From contig NC_087459.1 of the NCBI RefSeq assembly GCF_036321535.1, positions 7,564,001 through 7,628,000 on the forward strand: a stretch of 64,000 nucleotides of DNA, given 5' to 3'. Under the pieces are notes generated by a model. That model had not been told where the DNA came from. It did not search any database and saw only the letters and a list, made by a program, of their open reading frames with translations. The position numbers were made by a program, and so were the translations under genes. This stretch comes from Camelus dromedarius (lineage: Eukaryota). Shown in pieces: positions 26,871 to 39,084 of this stretch (positions are counted from its first letter, which is position 1; the number at the start of each line of letters is the position of its first letter).

Positions 26871-27648
26871 TGTAATATCATAAGAAATATTTATTTGTTC
26901 TTCGTCCTGGTTCCTGGCACAGAGCTCCTAAATACCTGGGGATTTCCTGAGTGATGGGGTGAGAGGAGCATCTGTCATTCATAACAAGCCCCATTCAACC
27001 TCACCCGGGTTTATACCAATAGGCTCTCGGGGGATCGGAGGATGAGGACTGGTTCCCAGGGGAACTTTCAGCCCCACTCCTGACCTCCAAACTCCAGAGG
27101 GGGAGGGGCTGGAGACAACTACTCTCCAACTACCAGGGATTTAATCAGTCATGCCTATGTACTGGAGCCTCCCTACAAACCCTACATGAAGGGGTTCAGG
27201 GAGCTTCTGGCTGTGAACATGTAGAGGTGCAGGGAGGGTGGCTCCCACAGGGGGTATCAGGGCTCCACACCCCTTTTCTGAGCATCTCTTCCATCTGGCT
27301 GTTCCTGAGTCATGTGTCCTGTATGATAAACCAGTAAACAGAAGCAAAGTGTTTCCCTGTGTTTTGTGAGCCATTCTGGTACCCTGAGGTCATGGGCACT
27401 CCAATTTACAGCTGGTGGGTCAGAAGCACAGGTGACGACCTGGACTTGTGACTGGTGTCTGAGGTAAGGGGTCTGTGGGACTAAGCCCTCAGCCTGTGGG
27501 GTCTGCACTGACGCCTGGCAGTTACCGTAAGAACAAAGTGATGTGTGGGACACACAGGTGGTGTCTGGACAATGAGAGGATTAGTCAGTGTGAGACAGAA
27601 GCCACATCTGGTGTGAGCAGAAGAGATGACAGTGTTTCCCTTTAATCA
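26871..27648 (+). mobile_element. Solo LTR, MER21-like
   Basis: Starts TGTAAT and ends ...TCA. Contains MER21-type segments as recalled (cagtcatgcctatgta, gataaaccagtaaac...gtgtttccctg, gggtcagaagcacagg, ctaagccctcagcctgtgggg). No clean TSD. Confidence 0.7.
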
Positions 27649-28899
27649 CCTGCAAAAGAGCAGGAGTCAGACTGGGTAAAGACTCCTCAGCACCACAAAA
27701 CTCCGAGGAACACTGCTCAGACTAAGAACCACAGACCCAGGCATATGGATACTTCCCATGTGTGCAAGGAAGGACAGGACACAGAAGGTTCACCTCTCCA
27801 CATCCTTTTTTGGAAAGCTGTTTGGGGATACACACCAGCCAAGAGAGAGAACAAACTAAAAAAATAAGATGTGAGATCAGAGGAATCATGACTACAACTC
27901 CGAGAGAACCAGGGACCTCAAGGGTGGGCACTCTGTGAACTGAGTGATCAGCTGGGGCACTGACTGGAGAGGGAGGAGGACACAGTTGGAAAGGTATCCC
28001 GTGGTGACACAGAGTGATAAAGACTGCAAAAAGTCCAGGAAATTTTACGGAGCAGGAGCTGCTTCCAGAAGACAGAGGATGGAGGTATTAAACACTGTCC
28101 CTGAATGCAAGGAGCTTCCGGGGAGATGCACAGATAGGTAGGCTAACAGCAGTAAGGACGCTGTTAGATGTGCAGAGGGTATAGGAAGCACAGGACAGGG
28201 GTCCATTATTCAGCTTCCTGGTTAGCAGGCCATGAGAGCAACGATAACCTCCAACATCAAGGGAAAAGTGTGAAGAGCCGAAGGGATTGTGGGAAATCCC
28301 TGGAACTTAAAGGACTCTGAGGTACCTCTCAGCCCCCATGAGATCTGGAACCCTCTAGAAAGAGATCAATGCAGGATGACTGCCCACCTGCCTGGGCCAT
28401 CTCAGCCACAGAATCTCATCACTGGAAGATGGGAAACTGGTTCCTTTGCAGAAAAACACTGATTCTACCCCAAATAGAGAGAAAAGATAGGGGGGAAATG
28501 CATCTACCAAAGCAAATCATTCTGTTCTCAGCACCAGGCTTAAAATACATGCTTGCCCCGGTGGTGCAAAACAGGTTTCATCCTGAATTGAATAGAGCAT
28601 TCCTATGGAGATCAAAGGCTGGCCCACTCATCGGAGAGCTGAGCTGGGTTTTATAAACTGTGCTCTCTCCAAGCAAAGCCACCAGGGTCTTTCCACTGTT
28701 GCGGGGCCAGTTTAAAGGTCCATTGGAGTCTCGCAGATCAACTTTGTCTTGACTCCGTCTTTTGCTAAGAAACAACTCAAACGTTTAGAATGACTATTTA
28801 ATCCTGCGGGGGATAAAGCAATACTGGCAAGAACTATTTTTTTTTGCAATAACTTAGCACAACAGGAAGAGCTGAAAGCCGGTACCGGAGATCCCCCAT

Positions 28900-30130
28900 T
28901 TTGGTGCAGAGGCCCTCCGAAAGTCTCGCGGTGACAACTGGCCTCCACCACCACGGTGACCCCACAGTGTTTGCTGAAGGTCGCTGTGCAAAGAGCTACA
29001 TCCTCACCCCTCCTTTCGCGTGCGCGGGAAGGGGCTTAGACTTGAAGCTGGCACGTTTGGTCCCCGCGGCACGCAACCACGGCCCCCGCGCCAGGGGCCA
29101 GAGCCCTCCGGAATCCACAAGAAGGGGAGCTGCCCACTCGCTCCAGGCCGTCTCAGCCGGGGGCTGCCCACCATCCCCACTGGCCCCCGCACTTCCAGGT
29201 TCCTTTGAGCAGCCCAGTTTGGCTTCAGGCACCGCTGCTCGGCTCAGGGAGTTTGAATACTCCGGGCGTGTGGGCCGGACCAGGGAATGCACTCCGCGCT
29301 GGGTGGGAGTCCAGCGGTGTTCTGGGAGGTGGGCCTCGGGGCAGGCCACGCAATTCTCTGCCTGGCTAGCATCAAACCCCGCAGGTGAGAACGAACCTGC
29401 TAACCAAGCTTCAAAGCTGCCATACGCGGGGAGGACGCCTGAGCCTCTCAGCCGGAGTCGCAGGGGCCACAGCTCGTGGAACCTGCAGGCGGCAGAACGG
29501 AGTCGCGGCCGCACAGACTCCTGGTCAACGCGGGGTCGCCGTGGGGGCCCCACCGGCCCTGCGCTACCTTCATCTCCCCGCCTGGACCCGCCCGATCCGG
29601 CAGGGCGAGGAACGCGCAAAGCCGCGGCTCGGCGGCGAACCGGCTCCGGGGGCGGTAGGGGGGTGGGTCGGGGGCAGGGCGCGCGCAGAGGAGCCACACA
29701 GGGGGCCCAGCCCGGCGGACTTACAGTAAACGAAAGCGAGGGCCCTCAGGAGCACGATCCTGGTCAGCCAGAAGGTGCCCGCACGAAGGCGAGCCGGGCA
29801 GCCCGCGGGGTCGCGCCCCGGCCCTGGCGGAGACCCATGCACTGGGCCCGCTGCCTCGGCCTTCCGCCTCCTCAGCGACTCCTCGGGCGCCGCCATCACC
29901 GGGCGGTCAGGACGCATGCGCGAGGAGAGCCTCGCGCCGGAACGCCCCGCCCACGCCGAGAGGCCCCTCCCGCAGCTGGAGGTCACGCCCACTCCGCCGG
30001 TCACGCCCACGCCAGGGGGAGTGCGGACCAGGCCCGATCGCTCGCGCGCCCCCCGCAGGCCTCGAGGAGCGTTGCACCCGTGAGGTGGGTGCCTGGAGGA
30101 CCGCGCAGCGCCCTACCGGAAGCGGGATTG
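28900..30130. promoter_or_regulatory. LMF1 CpG island and TATA-less promoter
   Basis: Dense CpG/GC around exon 1. Duplicated GGTCACGCCCAC (29981-29992 and 29999-30010; KLF/SP-type GT box), ETS-type CCGGAAG near 30116, and NRF1-like ACGCATGCGC (29912-29921) overlapping the start codon. Confidence 0.85.
29725..29917 (-). CDS. LMF1: LMF1 coding exon 1 (193 nt; MRPDRPVMAAPEESLRRRK...FWLTRIVLLRALAFVY)
   Basis: The translation matches the LMF1 N-terminus as I recall it (GTFWLTRIVLL.ALAFVY). ATG at 29917-29915; canonical donor T|GTAAGT at 29725/29724. The 193-nt length matches my recollection of human exon 1. A second in-frame ATG (Met8, 29896-29894, GTGATGG) has a much better Kozak context than Met1 (CGCATGC). 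Confidence 0.97.
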
Positions 30131-30135
30131 ACCCA

Positions 30136-30330
30136 CTCACTCACTCACTCATTCATTCGTTCATTTACTCACTCACTGACTCATTCATTCACTCATTCAT
30201 TCACTCACTACATCAGCCAAGGTTGCAGAGGCCCTCGATGCACTCCCCTAACCATGTGCCTGTCTTCTTGGGAGGGGCAGAAGGTACTTCAGAAGCAGAA
30301 ATGCAATGTAAAGGAGATTGTTGGAAAGCG
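30136..30330 (-). repeat. (TCAY)n microsatellite, probably an expanded L2 3' tail, just upstream of the LMF1 promoter
   Basis: cactcactcactcattcattcgttcatttactcactcactgactcattcattcactcattcattcactcact at about 30135-30208, followed by L2-like sequence. Confidence 0.7.
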
Positions 30331-32139
30331 AATGTCTGACCACAAGCCTGGTCAGCGTCCAGGGCAGCTGGGATTTGGTAGCCAAGGACCCCGGAGGCTA
30401 CTGCACTCCCTCTGCGTGCCCTGGCTGTGTGTGGACTTGAGTTCCTGCAGAGGAAAGGCTAGAGCAGCAGCTTCATCCCGGAGCTCTAGGCTGTCACCCC
30501 TTGTATGGGATGTGTGGCCAGGTACCTCACAGGTATCCCCTCACCAACTCCCCATCTCTGCTGTCTGAGGAGGATGCCGGAGTGATGGTCACACAGCTAG
30601 TGAAGGACAGTGCAGGCAGCAGCTGGGCCCTAAAATTCAGATCCTCCAGCTTTTTTCCCTCTTCCCCATCATGACCTCACAATGTATCCTCACAGGACAC
30701 GAAAGTTCCCTTAGACAGTATTCCTACTGGCTCTCAAGTCTGGGCATCCAGCCACAGGGGAGAGTGATGCACTGAGGATTCAGAGGAGTGAAGAACTTAC
30801 TGACTAATGACCCAAGCAGAACCCTAATGAGGACACCAGCAACTCTACATTTTGAAGATACAGGAGAGGTGTCTCTAAGTGGGTGGAATCATAGGCATTC
30901 CTCAGAGTAAAGAGGAGGTGTATAAGAGAGTAGGCATTAGAGTTATTAGGTAAACTGTGGGACACTGGAAGCAGATCATTGAGGTAGGTGTGGGTTTTCT
31001 TATTAATTTTTTAGAACTCTTTAAATATTAAATATCCTATTCTTGTAGGTATATTGCAAATATCTGTCCTGCGTTTTTTGTTTGTTTTTACATCTTGTTC
31101 CTAGTGTTTGACATATAAATTATCAATATTTATGTGGTCAAATGCTCGGTCTTTCTTGCTTGTTTAATTACATCTTCAACACCTATAGTAGGAGCCCCAT
31201 GAAGTCAGAGACTGGCTCTGGACATAGGATCTCCCAAATTAGGCTGGACCAGCAACTTCTAGAACCCCTCTTCAGCCTCCAGCTCCCACCCTTATTGTTG
31301 GTGTAATAGCGTTTATGTGCATCTTAGTGTGATTGTTTTTTTAAAGCTCCCCTTTCTTTCTATGAAAAATCCTTCCTTTTGACCTCGTCTGTGAAGTGGG
31401 ACTTGTGAAATATTTTCAGTGCAGGGTGCAAACACCTTCTGCATCCTGGTGAGCCCCCAGCAGGGAAGCGTGTGCCCTAGGGCTTAACACTTAGCCTTGG
31501 CAATGCCCTGCTTCCAGGTCCTTCCACATGAACCTACAACCTGCACCCCCACCCCCATGCTGTTCGGGCGCTGCTTTCGGGATGGGCCCAAACAGCCATT
31601 TGGGGAAAATGGGGAGAATCCAGCACCCCCAGCCCATGCCTGCCCAAGCTTCCCTGGGTCCCCGCCCGGATGTGGGAGCTGTGCAGAGGATGGACTGGAG
31701 GCAAGGAAGGACAGCTCTGCTGTCAGGTGTGACCCTGGATGCTGCTTTTCAGGTGGGGACAGTTCTTACAAAGGGCCCTTTGTCCTCAGCTTCCCCTGGC
31801 CGGGGCTGCATTGTTCCCCCACCCCCGGAGAAGGGCACAATGGGACATTGTGTAGAGCAGAAAGGGGCCCCTTGTCCAGCTTCCAGCTCACTGGGCTCCG
31901 GGCTCTGGGCTCCCTCCCTGGGTTTGCCCAGGGTGGGCGAGGCCATCAGAGAGGTCTGCTGGGAGCTCATGTTCTCATGTTTCCTCTGGGGTCCTCCTTC
32001 CTGGGAGCTGACTGCAGAGGTCCAGTCCATCTGAGGGTCTAGAACCATCATAGGAGTGAACCCCATGGAGCAGGGCTTGGCAGAAGAAAGACTGGCCAGT
32101 GGCTCAGTTCTTGCCTGTTTCAGCCTGAATTTAATCAAA

Positions 32140-32500
32140 CAAGCTTGGGTGTATTATTCAGCCATAAAAAGGAGTAAAGTATTGATACAGCATCAAGCTC
32201 AGTAAGAGAAGCCAGACACACAAAGCCGTATATTGTATGATTCCATTTATATGAAACGTCCAGGATAAGAAAATCCACAGAGACAGAAATTAGATCAGTG
32301 GTTCCCAGGAGCTGGGGATGGGGGGTTGAGGGGTGATTGCTAACAGGGACAGCCTTTCCTTGTGGGGAGATAAAAATATTGTAGAATTAGACAGAGGTGA
32401 TGCTTGCCCAACATGGTGAGTGTACAAAATGCTACTGAATTGTACACTAAAAAGTACTTAATTTTATGCTATGTGAATTTCACCAAAATTAAAAAAATAA
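32140..32500 (+). mobile_element. L1MB-type 3' end fragment
   Basis: tattcagccataaaaagga...gaagccagacac...tattgtatgattccatttatatgaaacgtccag...gaattgtacact...tgtgaatttcac plus an A-rich end. Confidence 0.8.
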
Positions 32501-33730
32501 TCTGCCCTAGTCCTTGTTTTGGAATCTCCTAAGAAAGCACTGCTTTTACCTATTGGAATAGATCACGTTATTTACACATAACTTACACCTTCATCTATAG
32601 CAGGGAGCATCCAGCAGTTTTAAGATAATATTTAGATATGCGTACATCTTATGCTCCATGAAGGTGCTCCACTCAAAAACAAACCTTTTCTGCAAACCCT
32701 GAGCCTCAGGGCTGGAGGCCTGGTGCTGGGATTGCAGGGCAGGGGTGGGGAGACAGAGATGCTTTCCTCTCGCCCCACAGCTCAGCGCCTGCCAGCCACA
32801 GGCACGCTGGGGTCTCTACCAAGCAGCCCTTCACCAACACCAGGGACCTGGGGGAGCCTCCTGAGCCTCGATTTTCAAGCCAAAAACTACATGAGAATAA
32901 GTCAAGCAGATACAGAAGAGGCCAGAGGTGCCCAGAGTGGGCCTGACTGCCCTCGGCTCTGGTTGCAGGAGGACCCAGAGCTAAGCTCCAACTGGACAGA
33001 GCCAGAAAGGGTGGAGACAGGCGGGGAGGGAAAAAAGGGGGTTTCCCTGAGAGGAGCCACTAGTTCAACATGGGCTGGTGTCCTGGGAACCCCTAAGTGG
33101 GCTCGCCTGCAGCTCCCCCAATGCAGCCCTCCCACTCCCAGTGTGGCCCCAGAGCCAAGGCGCACAAGCTCTGGCTGGCGGCACTCCCAGCAGCTGCGGG
33201 ATGGCTTCACTGACGAAGGAGCCCCATGTCGGCACCTCGTCCAGCTGTCCCTAGACACCCGGGCCTGGCAGCCCCCACTGCATCAGGATGATTGTCCCCA
33301 ACGTGCCTCTGCAGCTGTCTCTGGCACCCACCAGAACCCAGCGTGGGCCTAAGTCTAATCATGCACCCTTCATTTACCTTCATTTTTCATGTCTTGACAT
33401 CTGTTGATTGTGGGGGGTGGGCAGGACCTGCTTGTGTTAACATCTGTCACTCTCTTTTGGAGAGGTGGTCAGTTTGGGCTGGCCCTACCCTTATGGTCCA
33501 GTGGCCAAAACCCCCTGGTGAGGCTGGCAGGTGTGGGCAGGGGTGGGCGAGCAGGTGCAGGCCATTTGCTGGTTGTTCTGGAACCGTGACTCATGGACGG
33601 CTGTTCTGCTTGGCTCGCCCATCTCCTCTCCTAGCACCTCAGCTCCAGGCCATGACCACTCCCAAGCCTGTACCCCAGAAGGAGATGTTGCCCCATGTGG
33701 CCCTCATGACTACAAGGTAGAGAAGAAAGC

Positions 33731-33755
33731 AAAAAAAAAAAAAAAAAAAAAAAAA
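33731..33755 (+). repeat. A25 mononucleotide run
   Basis: Seen directly; no recognisable retroelement body upstream. Confidence 0.9.
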
Positions 33756-33916
33756 TCCCCATGCAATTATATTCTCTGGTTGTAAATCCCAGTGCGGGTA
33801 AAGAACAGACAGTTCAGTTATTTTCATAGAATCATATTCTGAACTGGAATAAGTCTTGGAAACTGCCTAGGCCAGGAGTCACAAACAGGCCTGCAGGTGA
33901 ATTTGGCCCACAGAGC

Positions 33917-34290
33917 TGTATCAATTACCAATTGCCACAGTGATGCCACATAACAAACAAACCCGCAAACCACAGGTCGTTGTGTTGGTGGGCAGTGCTT
34001 TCCATCCAGCTGGGCTCAGAAATGCCTCCGTGGTGAGCTGAGGTCTGGGTGGCAGCAGGGCCGTGGGTTGCCATTAGGATGACTGTGGCCTCTATCCAGC
34101 CCCCCGCAGGCCCCACCATTCCTCACAGCCTCTCCCACAGCAGCTTCCACACCCCCTCCCTGCCTGGCTCCTGAAGGTAGCCGCATCCAAGACCCCGGAT
34201 TTGGCCCAAACCTGCAGGTGCTGAGGGCTAGGTTGGGGAAGCCAGTGCCCAATGCCATCCATCACTAGGTCTTACCTTCCTGTGACCTTT
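33917..34290 (-). mobile_element. Degenerate MaLR/ERVL LTR fragment (MLT-like)
   Basis: Begins tgtatcaattaccaattgccacagtgatgccacataacaaac, which resembles a reversed MLT terminus. The right boundary is approximate. Confidence 0.5.
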
Positions 34291-34985
34291 GCCCAGTGAT
34301 TAAAGCAGACGATTCATTAAAGAGTGGGCAGCATTGCTGTTACAGGCTCTCCTGAAGTGGGAGATGTGCTCTGAAAGTTTCCAGCTTGGAGTGGTGGTGA
34401 GCTCCCAGACAAAATACATGACACATCAGGCATTGGCTACTACACACCCAGCATCCTGCATAGGTCAACTCATGAGGGTCTGGTGGGGCCCCTCCAAAAC
34501 AGATAGGCACTCTGGACTCTGCTGCCCAGAGTCACCCCGTAATTTGCCCAAAGCTACAGGCCACAGAGGACAGCATCTGGACCTGTGACCTCGAAATGCC
34601 TTCCTTTCCAGAACTCCTTCTTTCCACAACCCCCTCCTACACTTTCCACACCCCAAGGGCAGGAGGCAGGGGCAAGGACCGGCACACAGCCCCAGTTCAC
34701 AAAGCAGCCAGGGCACCTTGTTTTACTTTATTGGAATGCTTTGCTGGCACAAGCTTCTGGAGGGCAGGGTCCCCAGGAACTTCACCTGCTGTCCCAGCAC
34801 CAATGCAGGCTTGGCCTCAAACCCCAGAAGTTTTTGTGGAATGAGCCAGAGGATACAGAACGCTCTAGGATCTCGTCTCATGGACCTGCACAGAGGCTGT
34901 GGGGAGGTTCTTCATCATATAATAGTGATAGGTAATGTTGGAAGCTGCCAGAAATTGCTTCTAACCCCTCGGGTTGAATCATTGC

Positions 34986-35070
34986 TTTTTTTTTTAATGG
35001 CAGTAATGGAGAGTGAACCCAGGACCCTGTGTATGCTAAGCACTTGCTCTACCACTGAGTGTACTCTCCT
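34986..35070 (-). mobile_element. Short, older camelid SINE copy
   Basis: The reverse complement reads aggagagtacactcagtggtagagcaagtgcttagcatacacagggtcctgggttcactctccattactgccattaaaaaaaa. Decayed TSD around tgaatcat. Confidence 0.8.
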
Positions 35071-38000
35071 GCTGAATCATGACTTCTAACTGATGCCCAG
35101 GGGTCATGTAATCAGGAGCTTCCAGAGCTGGCTCATCAAGGCCACTTCTGCACCCACCTCTGCACAGCCCACTCAGCGCCTCTGTCCCAGGGAATGGTGG
35201 AGGGAGCAATGGCTAAGAGTCCATTGCTCCCAATCCACTACCCCCAAGGTCCCACCTACCTCCTTTGATACTGGCCAGGGCATGCAGCCTGGACAATGGG
35301 TGCTCCTGCTTGTGCCGGGCCAGGGAGCCAATTTCTTCTCAAACCAGCACCAGGTGAAGGGGTGGGAAATGCCAGTTTGAATGGCAAAGTTGGCCCACAT
35401 CTCGATGTCCTCAGGTTCTGGGGCCCAGGAGCAAGTGACTGATGGTCCCGTTTTACACATACCAGGTCCCACAAGGAAGAGGGCCTTAGGGTTTGTAGCC
35501 AAGGAGGCTGGGTCTCCAGCCCTTCCAGCTTCCCACGCCAGGCCCAGAGGAACCAAGGAGGAAAAGAATTTCCTGCGGCATCTCTGCCCCAGCCTAGTGC
35601 CTCTGGAGGCAAAGCTTCACCCCAGCTACGTCTGAACCCACCATGCCAGCTCTCACCTCACTGCAGAACCACCCAGCTCCATTCCACGACCCTAACGTGC
35701 CTGCCTGAGAGCATCTTAATTAAATTGTCCTTCACCATGTTCAGAAAATCAGTAACTAGGAGATGGTGGAAATCTTTTGACAGAGTGTGTTTTATTTACC
35801 TTCAACACCACTGGGTCTCTGGAACCTCCCATCGTGGCAGAGGTGGCCGGGGCCCAGCCGGCTGGAGCTCCTTACTTGGAAAGGGGATTTTCTCTGTGAC
35901 ACGTCTATTTCCAGCCATGTTGTTCCCTCCCAGTCACCCTCAACACAGGGCTCGAGCCAAGGGGTTCAACTTGGACAAGAGGCCTCATAAAACCTGAGAG
36001 TCGAGCTTGGAAGGAGGAGCACAGGTCTCAGCAGCCTGTTAAGGCTCAGAAAGCTACTTTTCTGTCGTGAGAGTCAGTTTCAACGTCCTGTGTCCCCTCC
36101 TGTAGGTGGGCCAAGAAAGCCTTTCCAGGCCCCTTTTCTTCTCAGAGAAGCTTGAGGCTGGGGTATAGGAGGCGAGTAGGGCCCGGAGGTTCAGGAGACT
36201 GAGTGTTCAAAATGAGAGTGGAGTCCAGGGCCTAGGGGAGTGTGGGCCCAGAATGGAGCTGAGGTTCAGGGACCCAGGATTCTGGTATCCCCTGGAGCCC
36301 TTCTGCATGGACAAGGAATGGAATTTATTGGCCTGTGGGGTCGAGATGTCCAGAGGGAGAGATAGCCTGATGCCGCAGGCATAGCCTGAGTCTGCAGCCC
36401 TGGCCTTGGGCCGCTCAAACTTTAGCACTCAAGTTTCCTTTGTGGAAGATGCTGCATGTGCCTGGCCCTGACCTTTTGGTGCTTCCTCTACCCCTGGGAC
36501 TCTGCCTGGAGATGGTCAGTTTTTGGCTGCAGAGTCACCCTCTGCCCACAATGGCCGCTGGTGGAGTCAGCTCCAAGCCCACTGGCTGGAGAGAGACGGA
36601 CGGGCACAGCCGGAGGCTCAGGGACTGCTACCAGAGGGGGTGAGTGGAGGCCAGAGCAGAGACCACAGCTGTTCCAACACATCTGTGCAGGCATATCTCC
36701 CTGGGCAGACAATGTGCACTTGGGTTAAGCATTGCCCTCTCCCTGAATCCTTTCAAAGGAGAATGTCCACAGCCAGGGATCCGACCAGCTGTCAGTGACT
36801 GACCTCAGGCAGGGTGGGTTTATTTATCAGGAGGCCTCAGAACTGGTGAGAAGGTGCAAAGGGATAGCCTGGGGCAGGTTCACCCTTACCTGAAGGCAGG
36901 AGGCAGCCTGTGGATGGGCCCACAGAAAGCAGTGACAGGGCTCTGGAACAAGCTGCACGGGGCCAGCACCTGCCACAGACTGGCAGAGAGGGGAGGAATC
37001 TGGGAGTGATTGTCCAGTATCCTCTGCATGGAAGGATAAGAAACAGACACACGGCCAGCTTCTGAAGGGACATCAGCCCAACCAAGGGGACGGCTTCGGC
37101 TCAAACTAGAACTTCCATGCCAGCTGGCAACTATGTTGGGGAGGGGAGTTTCAGCAAAAGGCCTGGCCCAGAGCCCCAGGAATCTGTTACCGGGGGATGC
37201 TGGACCCCTGGAGACCCCAGGAGACCCCTCTTCTCTTTCTGGAGACCTGACGGGCCCGAATGAGGCTGTCTTTATGGAGCTGCTGCTCAGAGCTGCTCCC
37301 TCATCTCTGGCTTGGATGTTGGGTTTCTGAAGACCGGCCGGTAATTAAAAGTACCAATTAATCTCCGAGGTCAAGCAGGGGTTCCCAGGATGTGATGCCA
37401 ACTGCCTCAGGCCAGCTTGCCAAGAGGCCCAGGCCAGGGCTGTGGACACACAGGGGACACACCGGCCCTGGGGCTTCTGGGCTCACGTGACCTGCCCTCA
37501 ATGCCTTTCTCTTAGAGACTGTAGTAACTACAGACATGGCCTCCCTGACTGTCCAGAAGGAGGACCAGGCAGGGGCCAGGCAGAGGACGGACAGGGCAAG
37601 GAGTGAAGGCAGGGTGCCCTCCTCTGTGGTGGCATCTAGCCCTCAGCAGCCCCTTCACACACTGACTTCTTGAGCTGGCCTAGCAGCCAACGGGTGGGAG
37701 GGCTGGGGGGTTTTGCACCTGGAAAAGGTTTCCATGGAGCTCTCCAGCCCTAGACTGGTCAGATCTCATAGTTACGGGGGGTGGGGGTGCCGCCAGCCCA
37801 CATCTCCTCTGAAGATACCCTTGGAGCCTCTGCCAGGGGTGTGGGTTGAGAAACATTGTTCACATCAGCTTTCTCAAGCCCCAGGCTGATGGTCCAGGAG
37901 CAGGGACCTGGTCCAAACTTGGCCAATTAGATCATCTCCCTGACACTGCAGAGCCCACTGGATGAAGACAGGCGCAGTGGACTGGGGAAGGAGATGACAG

Positions 38001-38079
38001 GAAGGAAGAGCTAAGAGAAGAGGGGAGCCAGGAGGTGGACTGAGATGTGGTCTAAAGAGCCATCTCTCAAGTTTAAAGT

Positions 38080-38480
38080 CACTGTGGCCTTGCTCTGTTC
38101 TCAGATACCCTGTGCTCTTTGCTGCCATGGGGCCTTTGCACATGCTCCCTCCCCTTTCTGAATGCTTTCTTCTCTGTTCAACTGGTTGGAAGCTTCAGGC
38201 CTCAGCTTGCCACGTCCTCAAAGCTGCCTTCCTGGGCCACCATACCCTCGGCCTGTGGTAAATGTCTCAGCCTCTTGGTGTGCTCACTGTTGGCCCCCTC
38301 CTCAAACTCCAGCATCTCCTGGGCACTGTGTCGTGTGGTTCTGTGCCGTGTTGCCCAAAAAAGCCCCAGCACACAGCAGGAACTTCAATATGGGTGAACA
38401 CTCGAACCAACCATGGCCACCTCCTCCTCTGAAGGCTACGTCCTAGTGTACACTCAGGGGCTCCCTAGTGACTGAGGATA
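38080..38480 (+). mobile_element. L2 fragment
   Basis: ggggcctttgcacatgctccctccc...ctgaatgc is a typical L2 3'-region signature. Confidence 0.6.
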
Positions 38481-39084
38481 TGAACCGAGGTCAGCACTAA
38501 TGGATGGGGCCAGATAGTACACTGGCGAATTTTACAGACCTTCAAGACTGCCAGGGGGCTTTGAGGCACTTCTGGGCACCACCTCCCATGTCAGCAGCCA
38601 GCCTGAGTCAAGCCCTGCAGGAATCTGCCTTCCCCAATTCTGTGGGTGTGGTAGCCTGCACACATATGATGAGGCTGCCCACCAGCACCCCAATCAGTCC
38701 CTGGGGCCATCACTGCAGCCTGGTGGAGTCAAGAGTGGGGCCTAGGACCACAGATGCCACACACTGTGACCCAGGTCTGGCACTGGACTCCCCGAGCTTG
38801 GCCTCTATTCCTCTAAGAGTCCTAGCAGTCATCTGTCTGTGTCCTAGGGACTAGGGACACAGCTGTGTAGTGGCCCTGTACGGGTTGGTGGGAAGCAGGG
38901 AGAAGCTGCCCTACCTGGGGTACCCAACACAGCCTGTGCTCCATTTTCCTCAGCAAAGCAGAGCTCTTCGTGGAAACACAGACCCAGTGCCTGATGGCAT
39001 GCCAGCACAGGGAGTGGTGGGATCTGCTCCCCAGGGCAGGGTTGGGGGCAGGACAGCTTGGACCAGGTATGTCATCCCCGCCTC

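Noticed and set aside
28901-30568. 555-aa plus-strand ORF spanning the LMF1 promoter
   Set aside because: It runs antisense through a CpG island and a microsatellite (translated as THSLTHSF), is low-complexity R/G/A/P-rich and shows no recognisable domain. This is the stop-codon scarcity expected at high GC.
36749-36756. miR-488-3p 8mer CCTTTCAA near the CEROX1 candidate
   Set aside because: It is on the plus strand, antisense to the candidate transcript. I found no exact seed match on the correct strand in 35770-37023, so it gives no support.
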